12,232 nucleotides of DNA, from assembly GCA_043750125.1 (NCBI GenBank), contig JAYVCD010000049.1, forward strand, positions 1 through 12,232. Direction: 5' to 3'. The notes beneath the pieces were generated by a model, which searched no databases, was not told the origin of the DNA, and saw nothing but the letters and a program-made list of their open reading frames with translations. This document shows, one piece after another, positions 1 to 7,295 of the stretch. Position 1 is the stretch's first letter, and every line of letters begins with the position of its first letter. A program made the position numbers and the translations under genes. The stretch comes from Archangiaceae bacterium (GTDB taxonomy: Bacteria; Myxococcota; Myxococcia; Myxococcales; Myxococcaceae).

Positions 1-291
1 TTCGATCGTGCCCTCGGTCGGGGTGTAGATGCCAGTCATTAACTTCAGCAGCGTGCTCTTGCCCGAGCCGTTTCGGCCGATGAGCCCGATGGTGCAGCCC
101 GCCGGAATCACCAGGTCGATGCCTTTGAGCGCCTCGATGAAGTTCCAGGGTTCGAAGGCCTTGCGCTTGCCGGTGAGGATCCGCACCAGCTCGGTCTTCA
201 CCGTCGTGTACTCGCGACGAATCGTGCGCTTCTTGAAGCGCTTGACCACGCCTTTGAGAACGAACGCATTGGGACGCGGGGGGTTGGTCAC
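1..291 (-). CDS. wzt: Polysaccharide ABC transporter ATP-binding subunit (Wzt/RfbB/TagH-like), N-terminal 97 codons, runs off window
   Basis: Not in ORF track. Manual translation from GTG at 291: MTNPPRPNAFVLKGVVKRFKKRTIRREYTTVKTELVRILTGKRKAFEPWNFIEALKGIDLVIPAGCTIGLIGRNGSGKSTLLKLMTGIYTPTEGTIE. Walker A GRNGSGKS. GTGA overlap with the wzm stop. Confidence 0.92.
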   Translation of the reverse strand, partial: MTNPPRPNAFVLKGVVKRFKKRTIRREYTTVKTELVRILTGKRKAFEPWNFIEALKGIDLVIPAGCTIGLIGRNGSGKSTLLKLMTGIYTPTEGTIE

Positions 292-1067
292 ACCAGCTCC
301 GCAAACTCTTCGCGCCGCCGTTCGAAGACGCCCGCGCTGACCCACAGCATCACAACAGAGAAGGCGGCCACTCCCACCAACGGTTGCGGGTCCGGCAGCG
401 CGTGCTCGTAAAAGATCGTCCGGTAGGCGTTGATCATCGCGGCCATCGGGTTTCCGAACAGCAACAGCTGGTGGTACTGCGCGGGCACCTGCGACATCGA
501 CCACACGATCGGAGTGAGAAAGAACATCATCTGCATCATGTTCATCACGATGTGCTGCAGATCTCGCAGCGCGACGTTGAAGGCCGAGACCAGGTAGGTC
601 AGCCCGAGAATGAAGACCGTCTGCAGCAGCACCAGGGGAAAGAACAGCAGCACGTGCCAGGTGGGCCATTGCCCGTAGAAAATTCCCAGGCCGATCAACA
701 GCGGCAGCGAGAGCAGGTAGTTGAGGAAGTTGGTGGCAACGACAGTCGCGGGCAACACCTGGGCCGGGAAGCGCACCTTGGTGAGCAGGTCTCGGCGATC
801 TGAAACGCTGCTCGCGCCGCCCCCTACGGACGAGGCGAAATAGATCCACGGGAGCAGCGCGATGAAGAGGTAGTACGGAAAGGCGGGCTGACCGGACTTG
901 AGCAGAAACCCAAACACCAGCGCGTAGACCATCATGTTCAGCGTCGGGTTCAAGAAGGTCCAGAGGAAGCCCAGCACCGAGGCGCGGTAGCGGGCCTTGA
1001 GCTCACGGATGGTGAGGCTCCAGAGCAGGGCCCGGTATTGGTAGAGCTCGCGCAGGTTGCGAAACAT
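288..1067 (-). CDS. wzm: Polysaccharide ABC-2 transporter permease (Wzm/RfbA/TagG-like)
   Basis: Typical Wzm N-terminus RELKARYRASVLGFLWTFLNP, multiple hydrophobic helices, RDLQHI, FFLTPIVW and NPMAAMINAYR motifs. ATG at 1067 chosen; TTG at 1073 is an alternative start. Confidence 0.93.
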   Translation of the reverse strand: MFRNLRELYQYRALLWSLTIRELKARYRASVLGFLWTFLNPTLNMMVYALVFGFLLKSGQPAFPYYLFIALLPWIYFASSVGGGASSVSDRRDLLTKVRFPAQVLPATVVATNFLNYLLSLPLLIGLGIFYGQWPTWHVLLFFPLVLLQTVFILGLTYLVSAFNVALRDLQHIVMNMMQMMFFLTPIVWSMSQVPAQYHQLLLFGNPMAAMINAYRTIFYEHALPDPQPLVGVAAFSVVMLWVSAGVFERRREEFAELV

Positions 1068-1073
1068 GGACAA

Positions 1074-2177
1074 CTAGGAAATCGCCTTCTTCAGCGCCGC
1101 GGCGACCTGTTCCTGCTGGGCAGCGGTGATCTCAGGGAAGATCGGCAGTGAGATCATTTCGGAGGCGGCTTTTTCGGCCATCGGAAAGGATCCTGCCTGG
1201 TGCCCGTGGCCGGCGAACGCGCCTTGCAGGTGAATGGGGACCGGGTAGTGAACGCCGACTGCGATGCCTTGTTCCTTCATCGACTTCATCGCGGCGTCGC
1301 GACGGGACGCGGCGACCTGGACTGCGTAGACGTGCCAGATGTGCTCGTTGCCCGGCACCGCGCGGGGGAGCACCAGATCTGAAACGTCTTTCAGCAGCCC
1401 GTGGTAGCGCTCGGCGGCAGCCCGGCGGTGAGCGTTGTATTGATCGAGCCGCTTGAGTTTCGCCCTCAGCACCACGGCCTGCAGCGTGTCGAGCCGGCTG
1501 TTGAAGCCCAGCTCGGGGTGGAAGTACTTCACCTCGCTGCCGTAGTTGCGAAGTGCGCGCACCCTGGCCGCGGTTTGATCGTCGTTGGTGGTGATCGCCC
1601 CGCCGTCACCGTACGCGCCCAGGTTCTTGCCCGGATAGAAGCTGGTACCGGCCGAGACGCCGATCGTTCCCGCCACTTTCCCGTTCTGTTTCGCCCCCTG
1701 GGCCTGGGCCGCGTCTTCCATCACGATCAGCCCGTGGGTCCTGGCGAAGGCTCCGATCTTGTCCATCGGGGCGACCTGCCCAAACAGATGGACGGGGAAA
1801 ATCGCCATCGTCTTCTTGCTCATCTGCGCCGCGCACGAGTCGACGTCGATTAAGTGATCGGCATCGCAATCGACGAACTTCACCTTGCAGCCGGCACGGA
1901 TGACCCCGAGCGCAGTGGCGATGAAGCTGTTGGCCGGGACGAGCACTTCATCATCGGGCCCGAGGCCGGCGGCGCGCACGCACAGCTCGAGCGCATCGGT
2001 GCCGTTGGCGACGGTGAGGCAGTGCTTCACCCCGATGAACGCGGCGTATTCGGCTTCGAACGCAGCCACGTCGGGCCCGAGAATGAACTCGGTCTTGTCG
2101 AGCACCTTGTCCCAACCTTCTTTGATTTCCTTCTCGAGCGGCAGCCAGTTCGCCTTCAGATCGACCAGTGGAACCAT
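1074..2177 (-). CDS. DegT/DnrJ/EryC1/StrS family PLP-dependent sugar aminotransferase
   Basis: Motifs VANGTDAL, PVHLFGQ, EDAAQAQGA, SFYPGKNLGAYGDGG (PLP lysine), GFNSRLDTLQA. GAGGAG-type RBS upstream within the end of the preceding gene. Confidence 0.96.
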   Translation of the reverse strand: MVPLVDLKANWLPLEKEIKEGWDKVLDKTEFILGPDVAAFEAEYAAFIGVKHCLTVANGTDALELCVRAAGLGPDDEVLVPANSFIATALGVIRAGCKVKFVDCDADHLIDVDSCAAQMSKKTMAIFPVHLFGQVAPMDKIGAFARTHGLIVMEDAAQAQGAKQNGKVAGTIGVSAGTSFYPGKNLGAYGDGGAITTNDDQTAARVRALRNYGSEVKYFHPELGFNSRLDTLQAVVLRAKLKRLDQYNAHRRAAAERYHGLLKDVSDLVLPRAVPGNEHIWHVYAVQVAASRRDAAMKSMKEQGIAVGVHYPVPIHLQGAFAGHGHQAGSFPMAEKAASEMISLPIFPEITAAQQEQVAAALKKAIS

Positions 2178-2179
2178 GT

Positions 2180-3196
2180 TCAGACCCTCTCCTCACGCCC
2201 GCCGGCGGCCATCGAACGGGTGATCGCTTCCAGTGTCCGTACCACCCGGGTCCCCAGCGCTCCATCGGCCAGGGGGTGCTCGTTCTTCTCGATGCATTCC
2301 AAGAACGCGTCGCATTCGGATTTCAGCGGCTCGCCCCCGGGAACCTTGGGGATGGTGATGTCCCCTTCTCGCACCGAGGCCCGGAAGCTGGCGAAGGTGT
2401 CGACAATGCCTCCGACTTTTTCGTCGGTGACTCCCTTGTCGTAGACCCGAATCGGCTCTTGAAGGTTCATGTCGTCGAACGTCAGCATTTTCTTGTCGCC
2501 GACCACGGTGATGTCGCGCCCCTTGCGCGGGTTGAGCCAGCTGGCTTTCAAGTTCACGAGGACGTCGTTGGGGTACTTGAGCGTGGCGAACACCACGTCC
2601 TGCACCGCCGGGTTGATGTACGCGGCCCCCACGGCCGAAGCGGTGATCGGCCCCGTTCCGAGCCAGTAGTCGACGATGCTGATGTCGTGGGCGGCCAGAT
2701 CCCACGCCGCGTTCACGTCGAGGCGAATCGGCCCCAGGTTGGTGCGTTCCATCGAGATGTAGAACAGCCGGCCCAGCGAGCCCGCCTGGAGGCTCGCCTT
2801 CACCACCCGGACGGCGGGGTTGAAGAGAAAGACGTGGCCCACCATCAAGATCAACCCCGACTTCGCCGACAGCGCGTCGAGCTCTTCGGCCTGCTGAAGG
2901 TTCGCAGCAATCGGCTTCTCGACCAGCACATGCTTGCCCGCCTCGAGCGCCAACTTGCACACCGCATGATGGCTGCTGGTCGGAGTGGCGATGACGACGG
3001 CTTGCACCTGGGGGTCGGCGAGAACCATCTGCAGGTCGGAAGTCATCGCGATGTCGGGAAAGCGGACCTCGAGCGCCTTCAAGCGCTGCGGCCGGGTGTC
3101 GACGACGTACTTCACGCGGCTGGTCAGGCCCAAGTGGAAGTTGCGAATCAGGTTGGGCCCCCAGTGGCCCGCCCCGACGACGGCGATGCAAATCAT
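2180..3196 (-). CDS. Gfo/Idh/MocA family NAD-dependent oxidoreductase (WbpB/WlbA/GnnA-like sugar-nucleotide dehydrogenase)
   Basis: Rossmann motif VVGAGHWG, IATPTSSH, GKHVLVEKP, MVGHVFLFNP, WDLAAHDIS. Stop is 2 bp upstream of the DegT aminotransferase start. Confidence 0.93.
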   Translation of the reverse strand: MICIAVVGAGHWGPNLIRNFHLGLTSRVKYVVDTRPQRLKALEVRFPDIAMTSDLQMVLADPQVQAVVIATPTSSHHAVCKLALEAGKHVLVEKPIAANLQQAEELDALSAKSGLILMVGHVFLFNPAVRVVKASLQAGSLGRLFYISMERTNLGPIRLDVNAAWDLAAHDISIVDYWLGTGPITASAVGAAYINPAVQDVVFATLKYPNDVLVNLKASWLNPRKGRDITVVGDKKMLTFDDMNLQEPIRVYDKGVTDEKVGGIVDTFASFRASVREGDITIPKVPGGEPLKSECDAFLECIEKNEHPLADGALGTRVVRTLEAITRSMAAGGREERV

Positions 3197-3306
3197 TGAG
3201 CGGGGGACCTACTGGGGTGTCGCCGCCGGTGCAAGCATGGTGGCGGACGCTGGCCGGATGAAGGCAAGACAACCCCCTCGAAGCTGTTTAGAACCCCGCG
3301 CCTCGA
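3197..3306. promoter_or_regulatory. Divergent intergenic region expected to hold promoters for both blocks
   Basis: 110-bp gap between head-to-head starts at 3196(-) and 3307(+). No convincing -35/-10 hexamers identified; positional inference only. Confidence 0.4.
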
Positions 3307-5271
3307 ATGCCTAAGCTTCCCTCCTGGGTCAGTCCCGCATGCTTCTGCGTCGCGGGACTGGTGATGGCGCACCACCCGATGTTGAAGGACGGCCTGGGTT
3401 GGATTCAGTTCGATCCGGGCGACACCCGGTTCATCAATTACATGCTCGAGCACAGCATGCGCTGGGTACTGCAGCAGCCGGGACACACCGAGCTGTGGAG
3501 CCCGCCGTTCTTCTTTCCCACCGAAGGCCACCTGGCCTGGTCCGAGAACATGTTCGGAGCGATGCCGTTCTACGCCCCGTGGCGGCTGATGGGCTTCGAG
3601 ATCCCGACGGCATTTCAGTTGTGGGTGCTGACGCTGGGCACGCTGAACTTCGTCGCGGCGTATTTTCTGTTTCGCCGCTGCATCAAGGTCGACGTCTTCG
3701 CCGCGTCGGTGGGGGCGGCGCTGTTTGCGTTTGCCGGAATGCGCATCAACCAGACGATGCACTACCAGCTGTTCCCCCACTTCTTTTCCATCTGGGCGGT
3801 GCACGCCTGCTGGCGCCTGGCGGTCGATGGACGGCAGTTGACCGAACAGCAGCGCACCCGCTGGTTGGCGGTGTTGTTTCTGAGCGTGGTCGGCCAGCTG
3901 GCGGTGGGGATCTACCTCGGCTGGTTCCTGGTGTTCGGCCTCGTTTTCGCTGGGGGCCTGGGCCTGCTATTCGACGAAGGGCGGGCTCGAATCTGGTTCA
4001 TCTTGAAGAGCCACCCGTTCGCGATCGCACTGCTGTCGCTGGTGAGCCTCACGATTCTTCTGCCGATCGGCATTCGCTACCTCGGCACCGCGCAAGAGTT
4101 CGGGGGAAGATCCTTCGAAGAAGCGGTGACGATGATTCCGCAGGTCCGCTCGTGGTTTCACTTCGGCCCGTACAGCTGGTGGTACGGGGCCACCGACAAG
4201 TGGCCCCTGTTTCAGAGCATCCCGATGTCGCACGAGCAGCGCGTTGGCTACGGGCTGGTCACGACCGGGCTGTGCGTGGCCGGACTGTGGTTCGCCCGCA
4301 CCGATCGCGCGCTGCGCTTTCTCGGGCTGGTGCTGGTGTTGGGCCTCGCCTGCAGCACGCTGTGGGGCAACTACCCCGACGGCTTCACCGTCTGGAAGTA
4401 CATCTGGGCCTACTTTCCCGGCGCCAAGGCCATTCGCGGCGTCTCGCGGGTGGCGCTGCTGTATTTGATTGGCGTCTCGCTCTTCACCGCGGTCGCGCTC
4501 GATCGGCTGCGCAGCAAGGGCGCGAAGCTGGCGCTGTTGGCGTTCCCCCTGGGCTTGTTGACCGTGCTCGAGCAGGGCGAGACGACTGCTTCGTTCAGCA
4601 AGGCGGCAATGCGCGCCGACTTCAAAGACATTTCCGATGCAATCCCGCCCGACTGCCAGGCCTTTTTGTTCAGCCCGGTCGACGGTTACGGCCCCGCGTG
4701 GAAGTACCAGCTGGACGCGATGATGGTTTCGCTCGACCGGAACATTCCCACCCTCAATGGCTACTCGGGGCAAAGCCCGGCGAATTGGGCGCTGGGAGAT
4801 CCGGGAATCCATTCTGCGATGGACGAGCCGCGCCTGACCCAGGCCGCGCAACAGTGGATCGCGTTCCGCAAGCTGACGACCAAGGTGTGCTGGGCCAAGG
4901 TGGGCCTGCAGGAAGGGCCGCTGAAGGCGCTGTTCCTTTCGCAGCAGGTTCCTTCGTCTTTGACGTCTGGGGAACAGGCGAGCGTGGCCTTGAAGTTTCG
5001 CAACATCGGCGAGCGCGACTGGGTGCCCGAGCAGGGGTTTGCCCTCGGCTCGCAGGGTCCACGCGACAACACCACCTGGGGATCCCAGCGGGCGCAGCTG
5101 CCCAGGATTGTGAAGGTCGGCGAAGAGGTTGAAGTGGCGTTCCAGATCACCGCGCCCCCGCTGCCCGGGCGGCAGGTCTTTCAATGGCGAATGGTTCAGG
5201 ATCGCGTCGCGTGGTTCGGTAACCTGAGCCCGCCGGTCGAGATCGACGTCCGCGCGAGCCCTGCCCCTTGA
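3307..5271 (+). CDS. Multi-pass membrane protein, probable GT-C fold (YfhO-like) glycosyltransferase with C-terminal NBR1-like Ig domain
   Basis: Acidic first-loop motif DPGDTRF, then WSPPFFFPTEGHLAWSENMFG, many hydrophobic segments, AIRGVSR and PTLNGYSG motifs. C-terminal FRNIGERDW...ITAPPLPG..FQWRMVQD..WFG resembles NBR1/FW Ig-like domains. Confidence 0.65.
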   Translation: MPKLPSWVSPACFCVAGLVMAHHPMLKDGLGWIQFDPGDTRFINYMLEHSMRWVLQQPGHTELWSPPFFFPTEGHLAWSENMFGAMPFYAPWRLMGFEIPTAFQLWVLTLGTLNFVAAYFLFRRCIKVDVFAASVGAALFAFAGMRINQTMHYQLFPHFFSIWAVHACWRLAVDGRQLTEQQRTRWLAVLFLSVVGQLAVGIYLGWFLVFGLVFAGGLGLLFDEGRARIWFILKSHPFAIALLSLVSLTILLPIGIRYLGTAQEFGGRSFEEAVTMIPQVRSWFHFGPYSWWYGATDKWPLFQSIPMSHEQRVGYGLVTTGLCVAGLWFARTDRALRFLGLVLVLGLACSTLWGNYPDGFTVWKYIWAYFPGAKAIRGVSRVALLYLIGVSLFTAVALDRLRSKGAKLALLAFPLGLLTVLEQGETTASFSKAAMRADFKDISDAIPPDCQAFLFSPVDGYGPAWKYQLDAMMVSLDRNIPTLNGYSGQSPANWALGDPGIHSAMDEPRLTQAAQQWIAFRKLTTKVCWAKVGLQEGPLKALFLSQQVPSSLTSGEQASVALKFRNIGERDWVPEQGFALGSQGPRDNTTWGSQRAQLPRIVKVGEEVEVAFQITAPPLPGRQVFQWRMVQDRVAWFGNLSPPVEIDVRASPAP

Positions 5272-6719
5272 ACCTGCTCTTCCTCAGTTCGGAGGTGGCT
5301 CCCTTCGCGAAGACGGGAGGACTGGGAGATGTGAGCGCGGCTCTCCCCCGCACCCTGCACCGTCAGGGGCATGACGTTCGGGTGTTCATGCCAATGTACG
5401 CGCGCATCGATCAAAAAAAGCATGCGTTTCGCCGAGTCGAAACGCTTCGCGCGCTGCCGATCATCATCGGGCGGCGGGTCTTCGAGGTGTCGATCTTCGC
5501 GGCGACGCTGCCGGGCTCGACGCTGGAAGTTTTTTTCGTTCACTGTCCCGCGCTCTACAACCGCCCGTCGATCTACAGCCACGACGGCGACGAGCACCTG
5601 CGCTTCCTCGTCCTTTGTTACACCGCGCTCGAGTGCGCTCAGCGGATGCGCTTCGTTCCGGACATCGTCCACTGCAACGACTGGCAGACGGCGATGGCTC
5701 CGCTGTTGATGAAGACCCGCTTCGCGTGGGACCAGAAAATCTTCGGTCAGACCAAGACGGTGTTGACCGTTCACAACCTCAACTACCAGGGGATGTTTCC
5801 CAGCCAGGTCTTGCCCGATCTGGGGTTGAGCGACGCCCACAACATGCTGCACCAGGATCAGCTGCGCGAAGGGCGGATCAACTTCCTGCTGCACGGAATT
5901 CTCTACGCCGACGCGATCACCACCGTGAGCCCGACCTACGCACGGGAAATTCGCGGCTCGGAGCACGGGGTGGGGCTCGACGGCCCGCTGCGCGGTCGGG
6001 GCAACGCGGTGGTCGGGATCTTGAACGGGGTCGACTACGAGGAATGGAGCCCCGAGGCCGACCCGCTGATTCCGGCGCGCTTCAGCCCCACCGACCTGGC
6101 GGGGAAAGAGCATTGCAAACAGGCGCTGCTGAAGCGCGCGAGCCTCCCTTCGGTGCCCGACGTTCCGCTGATCGGCATCGTCTCGCGCCTCGCGGGGCAA
6201 AAAGGGTTTGATCTCTTTCCCAGCGTCCTGCCTCGGCTGCTCGCCAACGAGCGCTTTCAGCTGATTGTCACCGGCAGTGGCGAGCGCCATTTCGAGCGGA
6301 TGTTTCGCCAACTGCAGGTGCGATTTCCGGACCAGGTGCGTTTCAACAACGCCTTCGACAACGAGATGGCGCACTGGATTGAAGCGGGCTCGGACTTCTT
6401 CCTGATGCCCTCGCGCTATGAGCCGTGCGGCCTCAACCAGATGTACAGCCTCAAGTACGGCACGGTGCCCATCGTCCGAAAAACCGGAGGGCTTGCCGAC
6501 ACCGTCGAGCTTTGGAACCCGCGCGACGGCACTGGAACAGGAATCGTGTTCGAGACCTACGATGCGTTCGGGCTGTACTGGGCGATTTCAACTGCGCTGA
6601 AGACCTACCGCGATCGTCCCGCCTACCGCCGCCTGCAGCAGAACGGAATGGCGCAGGACTTCTCGTGGAATCACCAGGTCAAGCACTACGAGCAGCTGTA
6701 CGGGCAGCTGCTGCAGTAG
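5268..6719 (+). CDS. glgA: Glycogen synthase (ADP-glucose transglucosylase, GT5)
   Basis: SEVAPFAKTGGLGDV (KTGG motif), HCNDWQT, TVHNLNYQG, TTVSPTYAREI, SRLAGQKG, MPSRYEPCGLNQMY, RKTGGLADTV. 483 aa; TTG start overlaps the upstream TGA. Confidence 0.97.
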   Translation: MNLLFLSSEVAPFAKTGGLGDVSAALPRTLHRQGHDVRVFMPMYARIDQKKHAFRRVETLRALPIIIGRRVFEVSIFAATLPGSTLEVFFVHCPALYNRPSIYSHDGDEHLRFLVLCYTALECAQRMRFVPDIVHCNDWQTAMAPLLMKTRFAWDQKIFGQTKTVLTVHNLNYQGMFPSQVLPDLGLSDAHNMLHQDQLREGRINFLLHGILYADAITTVSPTYAREIRGSEHGVGLDGPLRGRGNAVVGILNGVDYEEWSPEADPLIPARFSPTDLAGKEHCKQALLKRASLPSVPDVPLIGIVSRLAGQKGFDLFPSVLPRLLANERFQLIVTGSGERHFERMFRQLQVRFPDQVRFNNAFDNEMAHWIEAGSDFFLMPSRYEPCGLNQMYSLKYGTVPIVRKTGGLADTVELWNPRDGTGTGIVFETYDAFGLYWAISTALKTYRDRPAYRRLQQNGMAQDFSWNHQVKHYEQLYGQLLQ

Positions 6720-6743
6720 TCGCTCGACCTCGGGCCCCGACAA

Positions 6744-7148
6744 CTACTTCCAGTCGACGACGCCCGAGGGGGTCGAGATGATGTTCCCCCAGCGATCGGA
6801 AGTCGGCGCGGGGTTCGTCGGCGCATGCTCCTCGGGAACCGGGACCGGTCGGGTTCCAATCACGTTCCCGAAGCGATCAGAAGTCAGCGTGCCTGCGGGC
6901 GGGTTCGCCGGCATCGGAGGCATGTTGCTGTTCTCGACCGGGGTGGTGGTCACCGTCTGGGTCGGCGGGGGGGGCGAGATGACGTTGCCCCAGCGGTCAG
7001 AAGTCGGGGCCGTGGAAGTCGAGGCCGGAACTTCAGGTTTCGGCAGCGGGCGGGTCGAAATGACGTTCCCGAAGCGGTCGGACGTCTCGGTTCCAGCCGG
7101 GCTGCGGGGGAGCAACGGCGGCATGTTGGGGGAACGCGTGATGGGCAT
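6744..7148 (-). CDS. Small Pro/Thr-rich, probably disordered repeat protein (134 aa) with four TSDR[F/W]GN[V/I]I motifs
   Basis: Fills the gap between glgA and the ATP-grasp operon. Motif copies differ mostly at synonymous third positions. ATG at 7148 preferred over 7184, which lies in the AT-richer intergenic DNA. An antisense ORF (6778-7152 +) shares the wobble positions, so the strand is not fully certain. Confidence 0.65.
   Translation of the reverse strand: MPITRSPNMPPLLPRSPAGTETSDRFGNVISTRPLPKPEVPASTSTAPTSDRWGNVISPPPPTQTVTTTPVENSNMPPMPANPPAGTLTSDRFGNVIGTRPVPVPEEHAPTNPAPTSDRWGNIISTPSGVVDWK
6774..7127 (-). repeat. Degenerate intragenic duplication: two ~153-nt units at 201-nt period (7127-6975 and 6926-6774), each with two 27-nt core motifs
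   Basis: Unit 1 NMPPLLPRSPAGTETSDRFGNVISTRPLPKPEVPASTSTAPTSDRWGNVIS aligns without gaps to unit 2 NMPPMPANPPAGTLTSDRFGNVIGTRPVPVPEEHAPTNPAPTSDRWGNIIS. Cores at 7059-7085, 6978-7004, 6858-6884 and 6777-6803. Confidence 0.9.
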
Positions 7149-7199
7149 GTAAGTATTGTCGGCACATCGCTCGAAGAGGTGCATCCCAAAAACAGAAAA

Positions 7200-7271
7200 G
7201 CGTTTTACCGAAGCTGCTTTCGGCGAAAAGCGCCCTCAACATTCCGAGGTGTCGCAGCGCCCCACTTCGGA
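7200..7271. promoter_or_regulatory. Two adjacent imperfect inverted repeats in the intergenic region upstream of the ATP-grasp operon
   Basis: CCGAAG-ctgc-TTTCGG (7208-7223) flanked by GCGTTTT and AAAAGCGC, and TCCGAGGTG-N11-CACTTCGGA (7243-7271). Function unknown. Confidence 0.4.
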
Positions 7272-7295
7272 TCGAATTGTCTTATACGCGCGCCC

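Noticed and set aside
29-340. 103-aa plus-strand ORF
   Set aside because: Antisense shadow of wzt.
6720-6743. Possible terminator between glgA and the repeat gene
   Set aside because: Only a 4-bp TCGG/CCGA stem and no U-tract.
6777-7085. Four ~27-nt repeats as a possible CRISPR array
   Set aside because: Copies vary at codon third positions, the gaps (54, 93, 54 nt) are long and the first and third resemble each other, the frame stays open, and no cas genes are present.
6825-7295. 157-aa N-terminal extension of the ATP-grasp ORF in the track (565 aa)
   Set aside because: Arg/Gly-rich junk crossing the repeat gene and intergenic DNA; protein-like sequence begins at ATG 7296.
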